A DNA stretch of 64,000 bases from Candidatus Binatia bacterium (lineage in GTDB: Bacteria; Desulfobacterota; Binatia; Bin18), in NCBI GenBank assembly GCA_963664395.2, contig OY761159.2, positions 4,320,001 to 4,384,000 on the forward strand, read 5' to 3'. The notes beneath the pieces are model-generated. The model was not told the DNA's origin and did not search any database. It worked only from the letters and a program-made list of their open reading frames with translations. This document shows, piece by piece, positions 50,163 through 60,066 of the stretch. The translations under genes were made by a program, and so were the position numbers. The stretch's first letter is position 1. Every line of letters begins with the position of its first letter.

Positions 50163-51101
50163 ATGGAGAATACAACAAACGTGATTTTGGCCTGCGATGA
50201 ATCTGGTGCGAAAGGCTATGCGAATCTACGAGAGCAATATGATGGTGAGGTTGGCGTGTTCGCAGGGATCCTGATCTCCCAAGAGATCGAAGCGAAAGCG
50301 CGACCTGAATTCCAGAAAATTTACAACCGGTATAAGCCAACAACCGGAAAGCTGCATATTGCTGATCTCCCACCAGATCAACAGCAAGCTCTCCGACAGG
50401 ATGTTCACACGGCTATTCGCAGACTGAACTTACCGTGCTTCTGGTACGCCATTCATGTGGAAGGATTTCACGCCTGGTACCTGAAAGAGAAAGAGCTTCT
50501 GGAGCATGCAAGACAAGAGGCACTAAAAGCTGATTCACAGCAGCGGATTAGACGGGGCAGTCCACGGGACGAACCACGCTCTCTGCATGAAGCACTGTTC
50601 GTAGGGCTGTATGGGCATCTCATCGCATTCCTGGAGGAAAAGCACCAAAAGGAGGTATCGATTGAAGTCCGAACAGACCAGATCGACACTCCGATCGTGA
50701 ACAACTTCGAGCGCATAGCCAGGGACTTGTTGAATGACGACCCGGACCTAAGTATGGTCTCAGGCTATGATATCGTGACAGACCTAGTTGTCAAAGGAGC
50801 CATCCAGATTACGGCCACACTGCCTTCCTCTCTGGATATCGAAATCATGGTAAGGAGCCTGAAGATCACTCCTATCCGTGATGGAGATGGGTATGTACTT
50901 GCAGCAGATGTCCTCGCGAACAGCCTGTACTACCTGTTCAAGAACCGGGATCAGTCCGAACTCTACAAGCCGTTGAACAAACCGACAGCCATCCGGGACC
51001 ACCCAATCGCAGATCACATCGAGGCGGTCTTTCGCGACTGGGGCTCTGGGGATCTGATTGGAGATGGACTGTTCCGCCACCCGAAAGGCATGAGGCTATG
51101 A
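50163..51101 (+). CDS. DUF3800 (RNase H-like) domain protein
   Basis: N-terminal ACDESG, LHIADL, RTDQ, C-terminal LAADVLAN. Confidence 0.65.
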   Translation: MENTTNVILACDESGAKGYANLREQYDGEVGVFAGILISQEIEAKARPEFQKIYNRYKPTTGKLHIADLPPDQQQALRQDVHTAIRRLNLPCFWYAIHVEGFHAWYLKEKELLEHARQEALKADSQQRIRRGSPRDEPRSLHEALFVGLYGHLIAFLEEKHQKEVSIEVRTDQIDTPIVNNFERIARDLLNDDPDLSMVSGYDIVTDLVVKGAIQITATLPSSLDIEIMVRSLKITPIRDGDGYVLAADVLANSLYYLFKNRDQSELYKPLNKPTAIRDHPIADHIEAVFRDWGSGDLIGDGLFRHPKGMRL

Positions 51102-51229
51102 GCGATGTTCCGTAACTGTCCCATTGAGCACGGCAGTGACAACACGCGAGGTTTAATCCACCATCGCCCAGTAGAATAAGATCAGGGCGGAAGCGAGAGA
51201 GTCCATCTAATCGACAGATGAGGACAGAC

Positions 51230-52681
51230 ATGTTCGAGCAAACTTTTAAGAATATTGACGACGTACTGTGGAAAGAGGCGGGCTGTTCGTCCGAGCTCGA
51301 CTACACCGAACAATCCTCGTGGATGCTGTTCCTTAAGTACCTGGATGACCTGGAACAGGAAAAGGCGATAGAAGCCGAGCTGGTCGGCAAGTCCTATGAC
51401 TTCATCATCAGTGCGCCGTATCAATGGTCACGCTGGGCAGCGCCCAAGAAAGCCGACGGCTCATTCGATCATGATACCGCGCTGACAGGCGATGATCTGA
51501 TCGCCTTCATTGATGACAAGCTGTTCCCCTACCTCAGAGGTTTCAAGCAACGCGCCTCCGGCCCCAATACGATCGAATACAAGATCGGGGAGATTTTTGG
51601 TGAGATCAAAAGCAAGTTCCGCAGCGGCTACAGCCTGCGCGATGCACTGGAACTGACCGACGCGCTCCGGTTCCGCTCCCAGCAAGAAAAATACGAGCTG
51701 TCGCATCTGTACGAAGCCAAGATCAAGAACATGGGCAATGCGGGCCGCAACGGTGGGGAGTATTACACCCCGCGTCCGCTGATTCGTGCCATGATCCAGG
51801 TGGTCAAGCCGACCATCGGCGAGCGTATCTATGACGGGGCAGCGGGCTCGGCGGGCTTCTTGTGTGAGGCGTATGACTATTTACGGCGCGGCGACCTCAC
51901 CACCAGCCAACTCCAGACCCTGCAAACCCAGACGTTCTACGGCAAAGAAAAGAAGAGCCTCGCCTATATCATCGCCATCATGAACATGATTCTGCATGGC
52001 ATCGAAGCGCCCAACATCCTCCACACCAACACCCTGGCCGAGAACATCAGCGACATTCAGGACAAAGACCGCTTCGATGTGATCTTTGCCAATCCGCCTT
52101 TTGGGGGCAAGGAGCGCAAGGAGGTCCAGCAAAACTTCCCCATCAAAACCGGCGAGACGGCTTTCTTGTTTCTGCAACACTTCATCAAATCACTGAAGGC
52201 AGGCGGCCGAGCAGGAGTGGTGATCAAGAACACCTTTCTGTCGAACTCTGACAATGCCTCGACGGTACTACGCAAAGAGTTGCTGGAAAGCTGCAACCTG
52301 CATACCGTGCTGGACTGCCCAGGCGGGACCTTTCTTGGGGCTGGGGTGAAGACGGTGGTGCTGTTCTTTGAGAAAGGCGCACCTACCCGCAAGGTGTGGT
52401 ATTACCAGCTCGATCCGGGGCGGAGCTTAGGCAAGACCAATTCTCTTAATGACGATGACCTGAAAGAGTTTGTCGAATTGCAGGCCAGTTTTGCGGAGTC
52501 GGAGAAGTCATGGTCAGTGGATGTAGCGGATATTGATCCGGTCAGCTTCGATCTGTCGGTGAAGAATCCCAACAAGGCTGAGGAAGCGCCGCTACGTGAA
52601 CCGGAGGAGATCATCGCGGAAATGGTGGTGCTTGATGCCGAGAGTGCGGAAGTGCTGGGGAACATCCAGGGGCTACTATGA
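51230..52681 (+). CDS. hsdM: Type I R-M methyltransferase subunit
   Basis: GEYYTPRPLI, YDGAAGSAGFL, NPPF. Confidence 0.95.
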   Translation: MFEQTFKNIDDVLWKEAGCSSELDYTEQSSWMLFLKYLDDLEQEKAIEAELVGKSYDFIISAPYQWSRWAAPKKADGSFDHDTALTGDDLIAFIDDKLFPYLRGFKQRASGPNTIEYKIGEIFGEIKSKFRSGYSLRDALELTDALRFRSQQEKYELSHLYEAKIKNMGNAGRNGGEYYTPRPLIRAMIQVVKPTIGERIYDGAAGSAGFLCEAYDYLRRGDLTTSQLQTLQTQTFYGKEKKSLAYIIAIMNMILHGIEAPNILHTNTLAENISDIQDKDRFDVIFANPPFGGKERKEVQQNFPIKTGETAFLFLQHFIKSLKAGGRAGVVIKNTFLSNSDNASTVLRKELLESCNLHTVLDCPGGTFLGAGVKTVVLFFEKGAPTRKVWYYQLDPGRSLGKTNSLNDDDLKEFVELQASFAESEKSWSVDVADIDPVSFDLSVKNPNKAEEAPLREPEEIIAEMVVLDAESAEVLGNIQGLL

Positions 52682-53787
52682 CTGACGGCTGGCACACAAA
52701 GAACCTTGGTGACCTCTGCGATGTCCTCGACCACAAGAGGAAACCTATCACTAAGAAAGATCGCATTCCGGGGGATTATCCCTACTACGGGGCAACCGGT
52801 GTCTTGGGATATGTCGAAGGCTTCCTCTTTGATGAGAAACTAGTGTTGGTCGGGGAAGATGGTGCAAAGTGGGATTCTGGAGAGAACACAGCTTTTGCCG
52901 TAGAAGGTAAGATTTGGGTGAACAATCACGCGCACGTACTCAGACCACATCGCGCCAAGGTTCTCGATAATTGGCTGATCTATTTTTTAAACCACTCCGA
53001 CCTATCCAAATTTGTCTCCGGGCTGACCGTTCCGAAACTGAACCAAGGTAACCTTCGCGAGATTCCTATTCCGTTCCCCCCCCTGCCCGGACAAAAGCGC
53101 ATTGTCGCCATTCTCGATGAAGCGTTTGCGGGGATCGCGACGGCGGTCGCCAATACCGAGAAGAATCTCGCCAACGCCCGCGAGTTGTTTGAAAGCCAGC
53201 TCCACAGTGAACATGCTGACAAAGCGCTCCTCGGAGATTTAGTGAATATCAAAACCGGAAAGTTGGATGCAAATGCTGCGGTGGAAGGTGGGCAATATCC
53301 GTTCTTCACTTGTTCTAGGGATATTTCTGCCATCAACACTTACGCCTTTGATTGCGAAGCTATTCTCTTGGCTGGCAACAACGCCGTCGGTGATTTCAAT
53401 GTTAAGCACTACAAAGGAAAATTTAACGCTTACCAACGCACCTACGTGATAACGGTGGACGAAAAGAAGCGTCTGCTTCACCGGTTTCTCTATTTTCAGA
53501 TGCTCAAGGGTTTGAAGAAATTCAAAGCTCAATCGGTCGGCGCTGGGACGAAGTTCCTAAAATTGGGAATGATAAAGGATTTGGAAATTGCGGTACCGAG
53601 TCTCGATGAACAGCAGCGCATTGTTTCAAGGATAGACTCTGTCCGAGAAGAAACCCGACGCCTCGAATCCATCTACCAACACAAGCTCACCAACCTCGCC
53701 GAATTCAAGCAATCCCTCCTCCACAAAGCCTTCAGCGGCGAACTCACCGCCCAACCAGAGCGCACCCTGCAAGAGGCCGTGGCATGA
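52678..53787 (+). CDS. hsdS: Type I R-M specificity subunit
   Basis: Two TRDs each followed by PPL..QKRIV / PSLDEQQRIV; KQSLLHKAFSGEL. Confidence 0.93.
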   Translation: MTDGWHTKNLGDLCDVLDHKRKPITKKDRIPGDYPYYGATGVLGYVEGFLFDEKLVLVGEDGAKWDSGENTAFAVEGKIWVNNHAHVLRPHRAKVLDNWLIYFLNHSDLSKFVSGLTVPKLNQGNLREIPIPFPPLPGQKRIVAILDEAFAGIATAVANTEKNLANARELFESQLHSEHADKALLGDLVNIKTGKLDANAAVEGGQYPFFTCSRDISAINTYAFDCEAILLAGNNAVGDFNVKHYKGKFNAYQRTYVITVDEKKRLLHRFLYFQMLKGLKKFKAQSVGAGTKFLKLGMIKDLEIAVPSLDEQQRIVSRIDSVREETRRLESIYQHKLTNLAEFKQSLLHKAFSGELTAQPERTLQEAVA

Positions 53788-56114
53788 ACGAAGCCGAAAC
53801 CCGCGCCGAGCTGATCGACCCTGCCCTGAGAGACGCAGGCTGGGGCGTCGTCGCAGGCAGCCGTGTACGACGCGAAGTCATCACCCTCGGTCGCCTGCAA
53901 GGGGGAGGCAAGCGCGCCAAGCAGAACATTGCCGACTACGTGCTCACCTATCGCGGCCACAAGCTGGCCGTCATCGAAGCCAAGAAGCGCAGCCTGCCAG
54001 ACACCGAAGGCGTCGGCCAGGCCAAGAAATACGCCGGGAATCTACAAGCCCGCTTTGCCTACTCCACCAATGGGATCGGCATCTACCGCATCGACATGCA
54101 GACCGGCCAGGAAGGCTATATCAGCCAGTACCCCAGCCCGGATGAACTGTGGGCTGCGACCTTCCCCGAAGAAAACGCCTGGCGCAACCGCTTCGCCGAA
54201 GTCCCCTTCGAGGCCAAGAGCGGGACATGGGGGGCGCGCTATTACCAGCACAACGCCATTAACAAAACACTCGAAGCCATTGCCGCTGGCCAAGACCGCA
54301 TCCTGCTCACCATGGCGACCGGCACCGGCAAAACCTGCATCGCCTTTCAAATTGCCTGGAAACTGTTTCACAGCCGCTGGACCTTGGCCAAAGACGGCCA
54401 GCGCCGGCCCCGTATCCTGTTCCTTGCCGACCGCAATATTTTGGCGAATCAAGCCTTCCTTGATTTCACCGCCTTCCCGGACGACGCCCTGGTCCGTATC
54501 GATCCCGATGTGATCCGCAAGCACGGGCGCGTCCCAAAGAACGGCAGCATCTTCTTCACCATCTTCCAGACCTTCATGACCGGCCGTGATGCCGACGGCA
54601 ACCCCGCGCCGAACTTTGGCGACTACCCACCGGATTTCTTCGACTTCATCGTCATTGATGAATGTCACCGCGGCGGGGCACACGACGAAAGCAACTGGCG
54701 CGGCATTTTGGAATACTTCGCACCCGCCGTGCAGTTGGGCCTGACCGCCATTCCCAAGCGTACCCACAACGTTGACACCTACGCCTATTTCGGTGAACCC
54801 GTGTACGTCTACTCATTGAAGGAAGGCATCAACGACGGCTTCCTGACACCCTTCAAAGTCAAACAGATCGCCACCACGCTTGATGAATACGTCTATACCC
54901 CTGACGACGAACTGATCGATGGCGAGATAGAGGCAGACAGACGCTACACCGAGGAGAATTTCAACCGCATCATCGAAATCAAACAACGCGAGCAATACCG
55001 GGTGAAGCTCTTCATGCAGGCGATTGACCAGCACCAGAAGACCCTCGTCTTTTGTGCCACGCAAGCCCACGCGCTGGCCGTACGGGATCTGATCAACCAA
55101 ACGAAGACCGGCACAGACCCCAATTACTGCGTGCGGGTCACCGCCAATGAAGGCAAGCTCGGTGAGCAGCATCTGCGCACGTTCCAGGATAACGAGAAGA
55201 CCATCCCGACCATTCTCACCACCTCACAGAAGCTCTCAACCGGAGTGAATGCTCGTAATATCCGCAACATCGTCCTGATGCGGCCTATTAACTCGATGAT
55301 CGAATTCAAGCAGATTATCGGGCGTGGAACGCGACTGTTTGAGGGCAAGGACTATTTTACTATCTACGATTTTGTCAAAGCGTATGAGCACTTCAACGAC
55401 CCTGAATGGGACGGTGAACCGGCCGAGCCCGCCGAGCCCATCGTTGTGCCACCAACAGGAGAAACCCCAGAGCACCCCGACAACGGTACAGGCGACGAGT
55501 CAGCAGACGACGAACCGCAACGCCGCCGCATCATCAAAGTCAAGCTTGCCGACGGCAAAGAGCGCACCATCCAGCACCTGATGGCCACCACCTTCTGGAG
55601 TCCGGACGGCACGCCCATATCCGCCGCCCAGTTTGTCGAACGCCTGTTTGGCGAACTGCCCGAGTTGTTCAAAGACGAAGACGAATTACGCGCCCTGTGG
55701 GGGCGACCCGATACACGCAACGCCTTATTAGAGGGCCTGGCTGAAAAAGGCTATGGCGATGAGCAACTGACTGCAATCCGAGGCATGATTGATGCCGAGA
55801 ACAGCGACCTGTACGACGTGCTGGCTTACATTGCCTTTGCCCTCGCGCCGATCAGTCGAGCGGAAAGAGTCAGCACCCACAAGAGCCGCCTCTTCACCCT
55901 GTATGATGCAAAGCAACTGGAGTTTTTAGACTTTGTCTTAGCCCAGTACGTCAAAGAAGGCGTGGGGGAATTGGCCCCAACCAAATTACCCGACCTGCTT
56001 GCGTTGAAATATCATGGGACGAACGATGCCGTTGCAGAGCTGGGGAGTGTGGCAAAGATACGGGATGTGTTTATCGGGTTTCAGGAGCACCTGTATGCGC
56101 AGCAGGACGGATGA
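53784..56114 (+). CDS. hsdR: Type I R-M restriction subunit (EcoEI/EcoAI-like)
   Basis: AD..IEAK nuclease motif, MATGTGKT, DECHR, QIIGRGTR, EcoEI-type C-terminus. Confidence 0.93.
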   Translation: MNEAETRAELIDPALRDAGWGVVAGSRVRREVITLGRLQGGGKRAKQNIADYVLTYRGHKLAVIEAKKRSLPDTEGVGQAKKYAGNLQARFAYSTNGIGIYRIDMQTGQEGYISQYPSPDELWAATFPEENAWRNRFAEVPFEAKSGTWGARYYQHNAINKTLEAIAAGQDRILLTMATGTGKTCIAFQIAWKLFHSRWTLAKDGQRRPRILFLADRNILANQAFLDFTAFPDDALVRIDPDVIRKHGRVPKNGSIFFTIFQTFMTGRDADGNPAPNFGDYPPDFFDFIVIDECHRGGAHDESNWRGILEYFAPAVQLGLTAIPKRTHNVDTYAYFGEPVYVYSLKEGINDGFLTPFKVKQIATTLDEYVYTPDDELIDGEIEADRRYTEENFNRIIEIKQREQYRVKLFMQAIDQHQKTLVFCATQAHALAVRDLINQTKTGTDPNYCVRVTANEGKLGEQHLRTFQDNEKTIPTILTTSQKLSTGVNARNIRNIVLMRPINSMIEFKQIIGRGTRLFEGKDYFTIYDFVKAYEHFNDPEWDGEPAEPAEPIVVPPTGETPEHPDNGTGDESADDEPQRRRIIKVKLADGKERTIQHLMATTFWSPDGTPISAAQFVERLFGELPELFKDEDELRALWGRPDTRNALLEGLAEKGYGDEQLTAIRGMIDAENSDLYDVLAYIAFALAPISRAERVSTHKSRLFTLYDAKQLEFLDFVLAQYVKEGVGELAPTKLPDLLALKYHGTNDAVAELGSVAKIRDVFIGFQEHLYAQQDG

Positions 56115-56161
56115 GCGCGTGCGGTTGCAAAGTAGTCAGGGCAGAGATTCAAGGAGGGGAT

Positions 56162-58126
56162 ATGGTGGACATTCCTGGAACTTTACCAGAGGAATTCGCT
56201 GCGAAATTTGCGGCAAGCTTTACCGCAGAGCTTGCCAAAACGACATTCCAGGGCTTAAAGGGCTGGCTCAGCACAGAAGCCAAAAAGCACGACCTGTTCG
56301 GTACGGCTCTAAATGCCTACAAGGATGGGGTAGAGCGACGCTACGATTCGATGAAGATATTAGGCATGAGAGAGCCCACCCTACTCCGCGATATTTACGT
56401 TCGTGTCAATATTCTCGAAAAAATCTCTAGCACCCACCGCGTCACCACTGAGGGACTGGAAGAGTTCTTCCAACGAGATCAACGCGGCTTTGGCCAGGTG
56501 GAAGAAACCAAAGAAGGAGTTGCCGTCTTTAATGATCTCCAATCAGGAAAGCTTACGGTCCTCGGCAAGCCCGGAGCAGGGAAGACAACCTTTCTGAAGC
56601 ACCTCACACTACAGGCGCTCGATGGTACTCTGAGAGAGAACTATCTCCCTATTTTCGTCAGCCTCAAGGAATGGTCTGAGACGGAGATGTCACTGATGGA
56701 CTTCCTTGCTGATCAATTCGATATCTGTGGCCTTCCGGGAGCGAAGCCCTTCGTGGAACATCTCCTGACCGCAGGACGATGCCTCATCCTCCTTGATGGT
56801 CTCGATGAAGTCACGAGTGATGTCGATAGGACCATTCGAGCAATAAAAGATTTCTCGGACAAATATCATCGGAACCGGTTTGTCTTGAGCTGTCGGATTG
56901 CAGCTTATGATTACGTCTTCGAGCATTTTACCGAAGTCGAAATGGCTGACTTCAATGATGAGCAGATTCAGACCTTTATCGCCAACTGGTTCCGAGACGA
57001 GGAGGAGACGGCTCAGCAGTGTTGGAAGCAACTCAATACCGAAGAGCATGCCCCGATCAAAGAACTTGCCGCCACTCCGATTTTGCTGACACTGCTTTGC
57101 CTCACGTACCATGAGCAGCTAGACTTTCCACCCAATAGGGCGGAACTCTATAGGGAAGCAATTGATGTCTTGCTGAAAAAGTGGGACACTTCGCGCCGCA
57201 TCAGGCGGGACCAGGTCTACAGGCGTCTCACCTTGAAACGTAAAGAGTTGATGCTCAGTCAGATCGCCTTTCAGACCTTTATGCAAGGGCACTACTTCTT
57301 CCCCCGACAGCAGCTTGAGCGTGATATCGCAGCGTATATTGGAAATCTTCCCGATGCTCCGGAGGACTCAGTCGAGCTGGATAGTGAAGCCATTTTGAAA
57401 GCGATTGAAGCCCAGCATGGCTTGTTTGTTGAGCGCGCTAACGGGATATACTCCTTCTCCCATCTGTCATTCCAGGAATATTTTGTCGCGAAATACATTA
57501 CCGAGCACCGCAGCCATCCAACAGTGCAGGAGTTAGTTCAGGAGAGGATGTTTGATGAAGGCTGGAGGGAGGTCTGGCAGCTCGTTGTGGGAATGCGAGC
57601 GGAACCGGATGAGGTCGTGGTAGCGATGCGCGCCCACATAGCAAACCAATTAATGACGAAAAAGGAGCGCGATTTTATAAATTTGATTGGCGAGTTCGAG
57701 CGAAAAGTAGGCAGGCGACCAACAGAGGGAATAAGACCTCTAGAAATAACAAGATGGATGCTCGAAGTAGCTCGGCGCCGCGGAATCAATAAAACCGGCA
57801 ATATGATAGAGACACTCGCCAGAATCATGCACGATGATATACGAGACGGTCCCCTAACAAAGTGGGATGACGCAAGAACACTAGAGCAATATTATGGATT
57901 CCGACCGACCGCCGACGAGACTAAGGAATTCATCACCCAAATAGATGCGTTGCTAGACGCGAACGTAGAGCGCATCGGAAAGTATGCTACGGGCACGACT
58001 CTGTTATTGCAGTGTCTCCGTCCGGAGTTCGACGTATCCAAGCGCCTCTGTGAATCACTTCTTGAGGGGCTTATCCAAGAACCGTGGGAACCTCTTCCCC
58101 CCCCGTTCTCCTATAGCACAACCTAA
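56162..58126 (+). CDS. NACHT (STAND) NTPase
   Basis: GKPGAGKTT, LILLDGLDEV, LSCR, TPILLTL, YSFSHLSFQEYF, WREV; alternative start 56111 overlaps the hsdR stop. Confidence 0.9.
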   Translation: MVDIPGTLPEEFAAKFAASFTAELAKTTFQGLKGWLSTEAKKHDLFGTALNAYKDGVERRYDSMKILGMREPTLLRDIYVRVNILEKISSTHRVTTEGLEEFFQRDQRGFGQVEETKEGVAVFNDLQSGKLTVLGKPGAGKTTFLKHLTLQALDGTLRENYLPIFVSLKEWSETEMSLMDFLADQFDICGLPGAKPFVEHLLTAGRCLILLDGLDEVTSDVDRTIRAIKDFSDKYHRNRFVLSCRIAAYDYVFEHFTEVEMADFNDEQIQTFIANWFRDEEETAQQCWKQLNTEEHAPIKELAATPILLTLLCLTYHEQLDFPPNRAELYREAIDVLLKKWDTSRRIRRDQVYRRLTLKRKELMLSQIAFQTFMQGHYFFPRQQLERDIAAYIGNLPDAPEDSVELDSEAILKAIEAQHGLFVERANGIYSFSHLSFQEYFVAKYITEHRSHPTVQELVQERMFDEGWREVWQLVVGMRAEPDEVVVAMRAHIANQLMTKKERDFINLIGEFERKVGRRPTEGIRPLEITRWMLEVARRRGINKTGNMIETLARIMHDDIRDGPLTKWDDARTLEQYYGFRPTADETKEFITQIDALLDANVERIGKYATGTTLLLQCLRPEFDVSKRLCESLLEGLIQEPWEPLPPPFSYSTT

Positions 58127-58395
58127 AAAGAGGGTTTTCGGCATTGTTTGACGCTCACTGTGTAGCCTGTAACGAAGATGCTGAGATAAGAGTCGCACAT
58201 CAAGCTGGAAACAGACATTATTCTATCATTCGGTTGCCTCTATGCACATAACTTGCAGGGGCGACATCCGCCTTTCAGAAGCTCGTTGCGGGGAGTATGG
58301 ACCCACATAGGCCCGTAATTAGAGTGGGTAAATTCGTGGGGAAAATAGAAGTGAGTTGTTAAAAGTATAGTAAAAACAAAATGTTGAGTTGGCTA

Positions 58396-58415
58396 TTCGA
58401 ATCCCACTCCCTCCG
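58396..58415 (+). repeat. Distal att site (duplicate of the tRNA-Ser 3' end)
   Basis: Identical to 46161-46180. Confidence 0.9.
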
Positions 58416-58670
58416 TATTTAATCCTAAGCGAGATAATCCCCCTCATTTTCCCACCCATTTCTGTTTAACATACAAGTCTAACAGAAATGATCTTATCGG
58501 GCGTGAATCGGGCGTTTTTGAAACAATCGCGTAAAGGGAATGGGTGGATCTGGCCGATTCTGAAGAAATCGTGGGTGAGGGGGCCGAACGGCCGAACAGT
58601 CAAAACTGGGTTTCTATGTGTTCGAGAACGCCATAAAATAAAGTAAGGATTGAGCAGAGAGGAGAAGAGG

Positions 58671-59105
58671 ATGGCTAACCAGTGGATTAGGGATTGTTAC
58701 GAATGCAACGTGGGGGAGATTTTTAGCGAGTTGGTCAAATTCGTTGAACAAGATGTCGAAGAGATGGAAAAGTTAAACAAGAATGAACAGCCAGACCCGT
58801 CTGTGGCTCTTCCGAGAGTCTTCCACACGAGTTGGTCAAACGACAATCTGACCATGTATGTAAAATTGGGAATCTTAGGAGGAAGTCCGAACACGTTATG
58901 CAGCATCTCTTTCAAGGACGACCATATCGCCATCGAGATTCTCATCGAGCTAGGGCAGTATGAAGCTGAGATTCGGCCGTCCTGGGATCTGGAACATGCT
59001 CAGTGCCTATTGTCCATTTCCGATAGGGAAGATCCCATCAGGCGTGATGATCTGTGGAAGGTCGTTCAGGGATTCTTGAAACCCGTTTTCTTTCCAGATC
59101 GATGA
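58671..59105 (+). CDS. Hypothetical protein
   Basis: 144-aa ORF with GAGG RBS. Confidence 0.6.
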   Translation: MANQWIRDCYECNVGEIFSELVKFVEQDVEEMEKLNKNEQPDPSVALPRVFHTSWSNDNLTMYVKLGILGGSPNTLCSISFKDDHIAIEILIELGQYEAEIRPSWDLEHAQCLLSISDREDPIRRDDLWKVVQGFLKPVFFPDR

Positions 59106-59285
59106 AAACCGGGCCTTTCATCATTGCCGTCTGCCTCCCACTTCTTGCTGTGGGCCTGGCGAAGGGCGAAAAGGTTTACAATACGGCCTTTTGCGCCAGT
59201 GTCGGGGGAGAGACGGAAAAGAAACACTACTACACCTATCCAACCGGCCGGAGCTATGTCCTGGCCGATTGCGAGACAAGTGACA
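59102..59285 (+). pseudogene. Truncated exported protein gene
   Basis: Signal peptide plus ...FCASVGGETE...YVLADCET, then the frame runs antisense into the SDR gene. Confidence 0.4.
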
Positions 59286-59317
59286 TGAGGGAGAAGCGAG
59301 AGACGCCCTGTCCGGCA

Positions 59318-60043
59318 CTACAGCACGCCGAGGGGCGGCATGAGGTGAATCTCGTCGGTATGAATGCCGGCCGGCTGGGCAATGACGCTCAGCATGGCAT
59401 CTGCCACATCGTCTGGAGACAGCATCTTTGCCCGGTCCAGGTCTCCGCCGCTTTTGTCCCACAGGGGAGTATCGACCGCGCCGGGAATAACCGCGGTGAC
59501 TTTTATCCCTGCTGAACGGACCTCGGCCGCTAAGACCTTTGTCAGACCGAGGGCGCCGAATTTGGAGGCCGTATAGGCTGTTGAGCCAGGGAGGATCATG
59601 TGGCTGGCAATAGACAACACGTTGAGGATATGGCCACTTTTTCGGGGCAGCATATGTGTGAGGGCGCTTTTGCAGCAGAGATATGTCCCACGCAGATTGA
59701 CGTTCATGAGCATATCCCAGTCCTCGGTGCGGGATTCCATGATGGGACCAAAGGCCGCACCACCAGCGCTCGTCACCAGAATATCAAGCTGTCCAAATTC
59801 TTCGACCGCTCTATCCATCAGGCTTGCGATTGCATGCTCGTTAGTGACATCAGTGGGAACCGCAAGGGATCGGGCGCCGGACTGAGCACATTCTTGGACA
59901 ACTCCATCCAGAGTCGCCTGGGTCCGGGCAGCGAGCACGACCTGCACACCAGCCCGAGCGAGGGCGAGGGCGGTGGCGCGACCTAGGCCAGAACTCGCGC
60001 CGGTAACAACGGCAACCTGTCCGTGAAGCGTGGGGGATGACAT
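59318..60043 (-). CDS. Short-chain dehydrogenase/reductase (possible sepiapterin reductase-like)
   Basis: TGASSGLG, YTASK, PGAVDTPLWD; directly downstream of PTPS. Confidence 0.88.
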   Translation of the reverse strand: MSSPTLHGQVAVVTGASSGLGRATALALARAGVQVVLAARTQATLDGVVQECAQSGARSLAVPTDVTNEHAIASLMDRAVEEFGQLDILVTSAGGAAFGPIMESRTEDWDMLMNVNLRGTYLCCKSALTHMLPRKSGHILNVLSIASHMILPGSTAYTASKFGALGLTKVLAAEVRSAGIKVTAVIPGAVDTPLWDKSGGDLDRAKMLSPDDVADAMLSVIAQPAGIHTDEIHLMPPLGVL

Positions 60044-60066
60044 GCTGGATTCCTTACGCGGGGCTC

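Larger units (their letters stand above)
46161..58415. mobile_element. Genomic (defence) island integrated at the tRNA-Ser 3' end; no integrase
   Basis: 20-bp direct repeat TTCGAATCCCACTCCCTCCG at 46161-46180 and 58396-58415; replication and defence cargo. Confidence 0.88.
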
